Source: Draconibacterium orientale (lineage in GTDB: Bacteria; Bacteroidota; Bacteroidia; Bacteroidales; FEN-979). From it: 54,102 nucleotides of DNA. The DNA lies in NCBI GenBank assembly GCA_020718225.1, contig DYSO01000005.1, forward strand, positions 1 to 54,102, written 5' to 3'. Positions 49,594 to 54,102 of the stretch are shown piece after piece. The position numbers and the translations under genes were made by a program. Below the pieces are notes generated by a model, which was not told where the DNA came from, searched no databases, and saw only the letters and a program-made list of their open reading frames with translations. Each line of letters starts with the position of its first letter. Positions within the stretch are counted from its first letter, which is position 1.

Positions 49594-50835
49594 ATGAATA
49601 TTTTAGTCTTAAACTGCGGGAGTTCATCCATTAAATACCAGCTTTTCGATATGGAAGCCCGTCAGGTGTTAGCCAAAGGGATTGTTGAAAAGGTTGGGCT
49701 GAAAGGGTCGTTTCTCATGCCGGAGAAACAAAATGGCGATAAAGTCCGGCTCGAAGGCGAAGTGATCGACCACCAGATCGGAATCGAATATGTGCTTGGG
49801 ATCCTGATCAGCAAGGAACATGGTTGCATTTCCTCCCTGTCGGAAATAAATGCCATCGGACACCGGATGGTTCACGGAGGTGAAAGGTTTCAGGAAAGCA
49901 GCCTGATCAATGATGATACAATTAAGGATTTTAAAGCTTGTATTCCATTGGCCCCCTTGCATAATCCGGCAAACCTGAAGGGTGTTTTTGCTTTGCAGCA
50001 CTTGTTGCCGGAAGTTCCTCAGGTAGCCGTATTCGATACAGCCTTTCATCAAACCATGCCACCGCATGCATATATGTATGCTATTCCATACTCCCTCTAT
50101 AAAAAATATGGGATAAGGCGTTACGGATTCCACGGTACCAGCCACTATTATGTCGCCCACCGTGCCTGTCAGATACTCGGTGTCCCGATAAATACAATGA
50201 AGATTATTACCTGTCATCTTGGAAACGGATCATCCATGGCGGCCATCAAAGATGGAAAATCAATCGATACTTCCATGGGGCTTACCCCCGTTGAAGGGTT
50301 GATCATGGGTACCCGGTCGGGTGATATGGATTTGGGAGTGTTTACTTTCGTAATGGAAAAAGAAGAATTAAACATCAATGTAGCCAATACATTGGTGAAC
50401 AAACACAGCGGGATGCTTGGGATCACCGGAGTTTCATCCGATATGCGCGAAATTGAAAAAGAGGCAGATGCGGGAAACGAAAGAGCCATTTTAGGACTTG
50501 AGATGTTCCGCTACCGGATTAAAAAATACATCGGGGCTTATGCGGCTGCACTGGGAGGGCTCGACCTGCTGATATTTACAGGCGGAATTGGTGAAAACGA
50601 TTCCGTAACACGCGAAACCTGCTGTTCCGGAATGGAGTATATGGGACTTGAATTTGACCGGGAAAAAAATGCCGGTGTCAGGAGTAAAGAGATGCTCCTT
50701 AGCAAACCACAATCCAGGGTGCAGGTTATGACAATCCCGACCAACGAAGAGCTTGTCATCGCAGAACATACTTTCCGGATTGTGAAGGAATCCGGAATAA
50801 AAGGAAGTACGCAATCCAAAAATCCGATTATATGA
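49594..50835 (+). CDS. ackA: Acetate kinase
   Basis: ILVLNCGSSSIKY, GHRMVHGG, APLHNP, FDTAFH, RRYGFHGTSH, HLGNG, FTGGIGEN, PTNEE. ATG at 49594. Confidence 0.97.
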   Translation: MNILVLNCGSSSIKYQLFDMEARQVLAKGIVEKVGLKGSFLMPEKQNGDKVRLEGEVIDHQIGIEYVLGILISKEHGCISSLSEINAIGHRMVHGGERFQESSLINDDTIKDFKACIPLAPLHNPANLKGVFALQHLLPEVPQVAVFDTAFHQTMPPHAYMYAIPYSLYKKYGIRRYGFHGTSHYYVAHRACQILGVPINTMKIITCHLGNGSSMAAIKDGKSIDTSMGLTPVEGLIMGTRSGDMDLGVFTFVMEKEELNINVANTLVNKHSGMLGITGVSSDMREIEKEADAGNERAILGLEMFRYRIKKYIGAYAAALGGLDLLIFTGGIGENDSVTRETCCSGMEYMGLEFDREKNAGVRSKEMLLSKPQSRVQVMTIPTNEELVIAEHTFRIVKESGIKGSTQSKNPII

Positions 50836-51608
50836 AAAAATGGATCCGCTTTTTACCTTTTTATCTCGCCATCATTATGGTTTCTTGTTCAGAAGCACAA
50901 CAGTTACAGGGTTTTCAAAAACATCTTTATATCAATTCCCTGAACGATTCACTCCCATACCGGTTTTTTATCCCTGACCATTCAGGGGAACTGAAACTTC
51001 CCCTGATACTTTTTTTGCATGGTTCCGGTGAACGTGGCTCAGATAATGAAAAACAAGTAAGCAACGGGGTTAAAAATTTTGTAACTACTGAAAATCAAAA
51101 AAACCATCCCAGCTTTGTGGTAGTCCCTCAATGCCCAGCAAACGCCAGGTGGGTGGATGTTGATTTTCGTCAGCCATATAGCAGACAGCCTGCCGAAATT
51201 TCAAAACCACTGAGCATGGTCATGTCGTTGATTGACTCTCTGGCCGATCAGTATCCAGTTGATAAACAACGAATTTATATTACCGGTCTCTCCATGGGTG
51301 GCTTTGGCGCCTGGGATCTGATTGAACGATATCCGGCTTATTTTGCCGCTGCAGTTCCTGTTTGCGGAGGTGGCGACGAATTACTTGCAGGCAGGTTGGT
51401 AAAAATTCCCATCTGGGCATTTCATGGAAAACAGGACAATGTCGTCATGCCTTCACGATCGGAAAACATGATCAATGCCATCCGCAAGGCAGGCGGACAA
51501 CCTCTCTATACAGCCTATCCCGATTTGGGACATGCCTGTTGGGAAGAGACCTATTCCGATCCGGAATTGTTTCAATGGCTTTTTAAACAAACCACTCCCC
51601 TTCGTTAA
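50832..51608 (+). CDS. Alpha/beta hydrolase (esterase/peptidase-like), probable lipoprotein
   Basis: FLHGSGERG, VVPQ, GLSMGG nucleophile elbow, FHGKQD, GH. Confidence 0.88.
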   Translation: MKKWIRFLPFYLAIIMVSCSEAQQLQGFQKHLYINSLNDSLPYRFFIPDHSGELKLPLILFLHGSGERGSDNEKQVSNGVKNFVTTENQKNHPSFVVVPQCPANARWVDVDFRQPYSRQPAEISKPLSMVMSLIDSLADQYPVDKQRIYITGLSMGGFGAWDLIERYPAYFAAAVPVCGGGDELLAGRLVKIPIWAFHGKQDNVVMPSRSENMINAIRKAGGQPLYTAYPDLGHACWEETYSDPELFQWLFKQTTPLR

Positions 51609-51639
51609 CATATCTGTTTTTTCTCTTTAAGATTCCTCT

Positions 51640-51647
51640 TAATTTTG
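51640..51647 (+). promoter_or_regulatory. Putative -7 promoter element
   Basis: TAATTTTG 20 bp before ATG 51668. Confidence 0.45.
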
Positions 51648-51667
51648 TAAAAAAAATTACTGCCCGG

Positions 51668-52288
51668 ATGAACTTAAAAACGTTACCCCTGATTGCTTTC
51701 CTTTTTTGTCATGTGATGGTGGGGCTGGATGTACATGCCCAGCAATGGGATTTCATCAAGGAGAAAGATGGTATTAAAATCTATACCCGAAAAGAGGCAA
51801 ACTCTGCGCTCAAACAATTTAAAGGCGAGGTTGACCTTCATACTTCCCTGGAAAAGGTATATGACCTGCTCGGAAATGTAAAAAATGTCGACTGGTGGGA
51901 TAAAAATTTAAGGGAAATCAATGTTTTGCTTTATGAGAAAGACAAACACATACAGTATTATTTGATATATGGTGTCCCCTGGCCTTTGGCCGACAGAGAT
52001 TTATGTGTTGATGCAAAGATAACAACCGATCCGGTCACGGGAGTCCGGACCATCTATTCTACTCCGCTTCTCAATGTCATCCCCGAAAAGGAAGATATGG
52101 TCAGGATCAAAGATTATTGGCAACGTTGGGTTATACGGCCTGTAGGGAAAGGAATTGTTCATATCACATTGGAGGGATTTGTTGATCCCGGTGGCAATGT
52201 GCCTGATTGGCTGTACAATATGGTCATTACAGAAACACCTTTAAAAATTATTCGTGGTGTTAAAGAGCGGTTGGAAACAAAAAAGTAG
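51668..52288 (+). CDS. START domain lipid-binding protein (secreted)
   Basis: Signal peptide, W...KEKDGIKIY, PWPLADRD, DPGGNVPDWL. Confidence 0.85.
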   Translation: MNLKTLPLIAFLFCHVMVGLDVHAQQWDFIKEKDGIKIYTRKEANSALKQFKGEVDLHTSLEKVYDLLGNVKNVDWWDKNLREINVLLYEKDKHIQYYLIYGVPWPLADRDLCVDAKITTDPVTGVRTIYSTPLLNVIPEKEDMVRIKDYWQRWVIRPVGKGIVHITLEGFVDPGGNVPDWLYNMVITETPLKIIRGVKERLETKK

Positions 52289-52306
52289 ATTATTCGTAAA
52301 AATTTT

Positions 52307-52314
52307 TAGCTTTG
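52307..52314 (+). promoter_or_regulatory. Putative -7 promoter element for pit
   Basis: TAGCTTTG 30 bp before ATG 52345. Confidence 0.5.
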
Positions 52315-52344
52315 CGGCGCACAAAACGCCCTAATCGTTTTATC

Positions 52345-53331
52345 ATGGAATTTCTTTATATTGTCATCGGGATGGTGCTCATTTTTGATTTCATTAATGG
52401 GTTCCATGATTCTGCTAATTCGATTGCCACGGTGGTTTCAACAAAAGTACTATCTCCTTTTACGGCAGTTGCATTTGCCGCATTTTTCAATTTTGTTGCC
52501 TACCTTTTTTTTAGTTTAAAAGTTGCCACAACCATTGGCAAAGGAGTTGTCAACCCCGAAGTTATCAACCTCAATGTGATTGCAGCGGCGCTATTTGCTG
52601 CCATTGTCTGGAATTTACTTACCTGGTGGTGGGGATTTCCTTCAAGTTCATCACATACCCTGGTTGGCGGGTTGGTCGGGGCTGCGGTTGCAAAAGCCGG
52701 TTTTGGGTCGGTGGTCGTTGGCGGGGTCGTGAAAATTGTCGCTTTTATTATCATAGCGCCGGTTTTAGGAATGGTCATCTCCTTTTTAATCTCGGCCATT
52801 GTATTAAATATCAGTAAAAATTTTTCACCAACAACCATAGATAAACATTTCCGGAGGCTGCAATTGTTATCGGCCGCTGCCTTCAGCCTTGGACATGGCG
52901 GCAACGATGCCCAAAAATCAATGGGGATCATATGGGTGGCGCTTATTGTTACCGGACAGGCTTCTCAACAGGACCCGATTGCCGGTTGGATCGTTCTTTC
53001 CTGTTATTCGGCCATCGCTTTCGGAACCTTATTTGGTGGCTGGAGAATCGTTAAAACAATGGGACAAAGAATTACAAAACTGAAGCCATTTGAAGGTTTC
53101 TGTGCTGAAAGCGCAGGCGCCCTGACACTTTTTGGCGCAACAGAATTAGGGATACCCGTGAGTACAACACACACCATTACAGGCGCTATTATCGGCGTTG
53201 GCGCATCCAAAGGGGCATCGGCTGTGAAATGGGGTGTTACAACCAAGATTTTCTATTCCTGGATACTGACCATTCCCATATCAGCTGCCATTGGCGCAGC
53301 AGCTTTCTACATATTAAACGCAATCCTCTGA
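52345..53331 (+). CDS. pit: Inorganic phosphate transporter (PiT family)
   Basis: NGFHDSANSIAT, PSSSSH, HGGNDAQK, PVSTTH. Confidence 0.95.
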   Translation: MEFLYIVIGMVLIFDFINGFHDSANSIATVVSTKVLSPFTAVAFAAFFNFVAYLFFSLKVATTIGKGVVNPEVINLNVIAAALFAAIVWNLLTWWWGFPSSSSHTLVGGLVGAAVAKAGFGSVVVGGVVKIVAFIIIAPVLGMVISFLISAIVLNISKNFSPTTIDKHFRRLQLLSAAAFSLGHGGNDAQKSMGIIWVALIVTGQASQQDPIAGWIVLSCYSAIAFGTLFGGWRIVKTMGQRITKLKPFEGFCAESAGALTLFGATELGIPVSTTHTITGAIIGVGASKGASAVKWGVTTKIFYSWILTIPISAAIGAAAFYILNAIL

Positions 53332-53359
53332 TCCGATCTGTAAAATTAATACCAACATC

Positions 53360-54010
53360 ATGAAAATAGATTCGTTACTGAAAATTTTCGTCCCGAAAGA
53401 CGACTCCTTTTTCCCTCTCTTTGAAGATGGGGCACATGTCCTGATTCAGTCTGCCGACTTGCTGAAACAATTGATGCTGACAGAAACCATCGATCAAAGG
53501 GCTCCCATCATTAAAAAGATCAAATCGATGGAACACCAGGGTGATGAAATTACCCATAAAATTTACCAGCAATTAAACAAGTCGTTTATTACCCCGTTCG
53601 ACCGCGAGGATATCCAGGAACTGGCCTCCTCTCTCGATGATGTGGTTGATTATATCAATGGGACTGCACAACGCATTGGCCTGTATAAGCTGAAAGTTAT
53701 CCATCCGGATTTTATTCTTTTTGCCGAGATCATTTACGACGCCGCTAAAGAGATTGAATTCTCCCTGCACGGATTGCGGCATTCAGGTAAAAACCATGCA
53801 AAGATTATTCAGTCCTGCATCAACCTGAATACACTTGAAAACAGGGCCGATGATCTTTATCACGATGATATTTCACAACTCTTCGAAAATGAAAAAGATA
53901 CCATTGAGCTGATCAAAACCAAGGAAATTTTTGCCACCCTCGAAAAATCTGTCGATATGGCTGAAGATGTCTCCGATGTTATCAAGACAATCCTGATCAA
54001 ACTGGCATAA
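53360..54010 (+). CDS. DUF47 / PhoU-like phosphate transport regulator
   Basis: EHQGDEITH, FITPFDREDI, LDDVVD, LENRAD; adjacent to pit. Confidence 0.93.
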   Translation: MKIDSLLKIFVPKDDSFFPLFEDGAHVLIQSADLLKQLMLTETIDQRAPIIKKIKSMEHQGDEITHKIYQQLNKSFITPFDREDIQELASSLDDVVDYINGTAQRIGLYKLKVIHPDFILFAEIIYDAAKEIEFSLHGLRHSGKNHAKIIQSCINLNTLENRADDLYHDDISQLFENEKDTIELIKTKEIFATLEKSVDMAEDVSDVIKTILIKLA

Positions 54011-54102
54011 CCCTCCCCCCCCTTATTTTAAATTTCCGTTAAAAAATTGGTTCTTTATCACTTTGAGTGGGTAACATAATGAGGGTTAATTTTAGAGAAG
54101 TC

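Overview
Mostly core chromosome of a Bacteroidota (Bacteroidales-like) bacterium. The assignment rests on repeated TAnnTTTG -7 promoter elements, T9SS proteins (PorZ and a CTD-bearing cargo) and typical gene neighbourhoods. The first ~1.55 kb is foreign-looking. It holds a 133-bp attC-like imperfect inverted repeat (AAC...GTT ends, asymmetric spacer, bottom-strand G-T wobbles) followed by a type I R-M hsdM. The hsdM is cut short and appears fused to the last codons of an hsdR, suggesting a collapsed defence locus at the edge of a possible cassette array. The rest contains: alpha-2-macroglobulin/pbpC; an unusual polar amino-acid ABC transporter (permuted binding-domain halves; ATPase with a HATPase-like tail); mltF; a TetR-controlled TolC/HlyD/ABC efflux operon with a 4x13-bp operator; mltD; a T9SS-secreted deiminase; lysS, recO and porZ; a wza-wzc-cysD-cysN block with a 17-Tyr (YG)n tail in Wzc; miaB, topA, an arginase-like probable pseudoenzyme, ruvC, GT2, ispD, queA and a HAD phosphatase; a tRNA(CAT); hbd-like/ackA; an esterase, a START protein, and PiT/DUF47. 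No CRISPR array, rRNA, integrase or transposase was seen. All calls come from motif reading by eye; no database searches were run.
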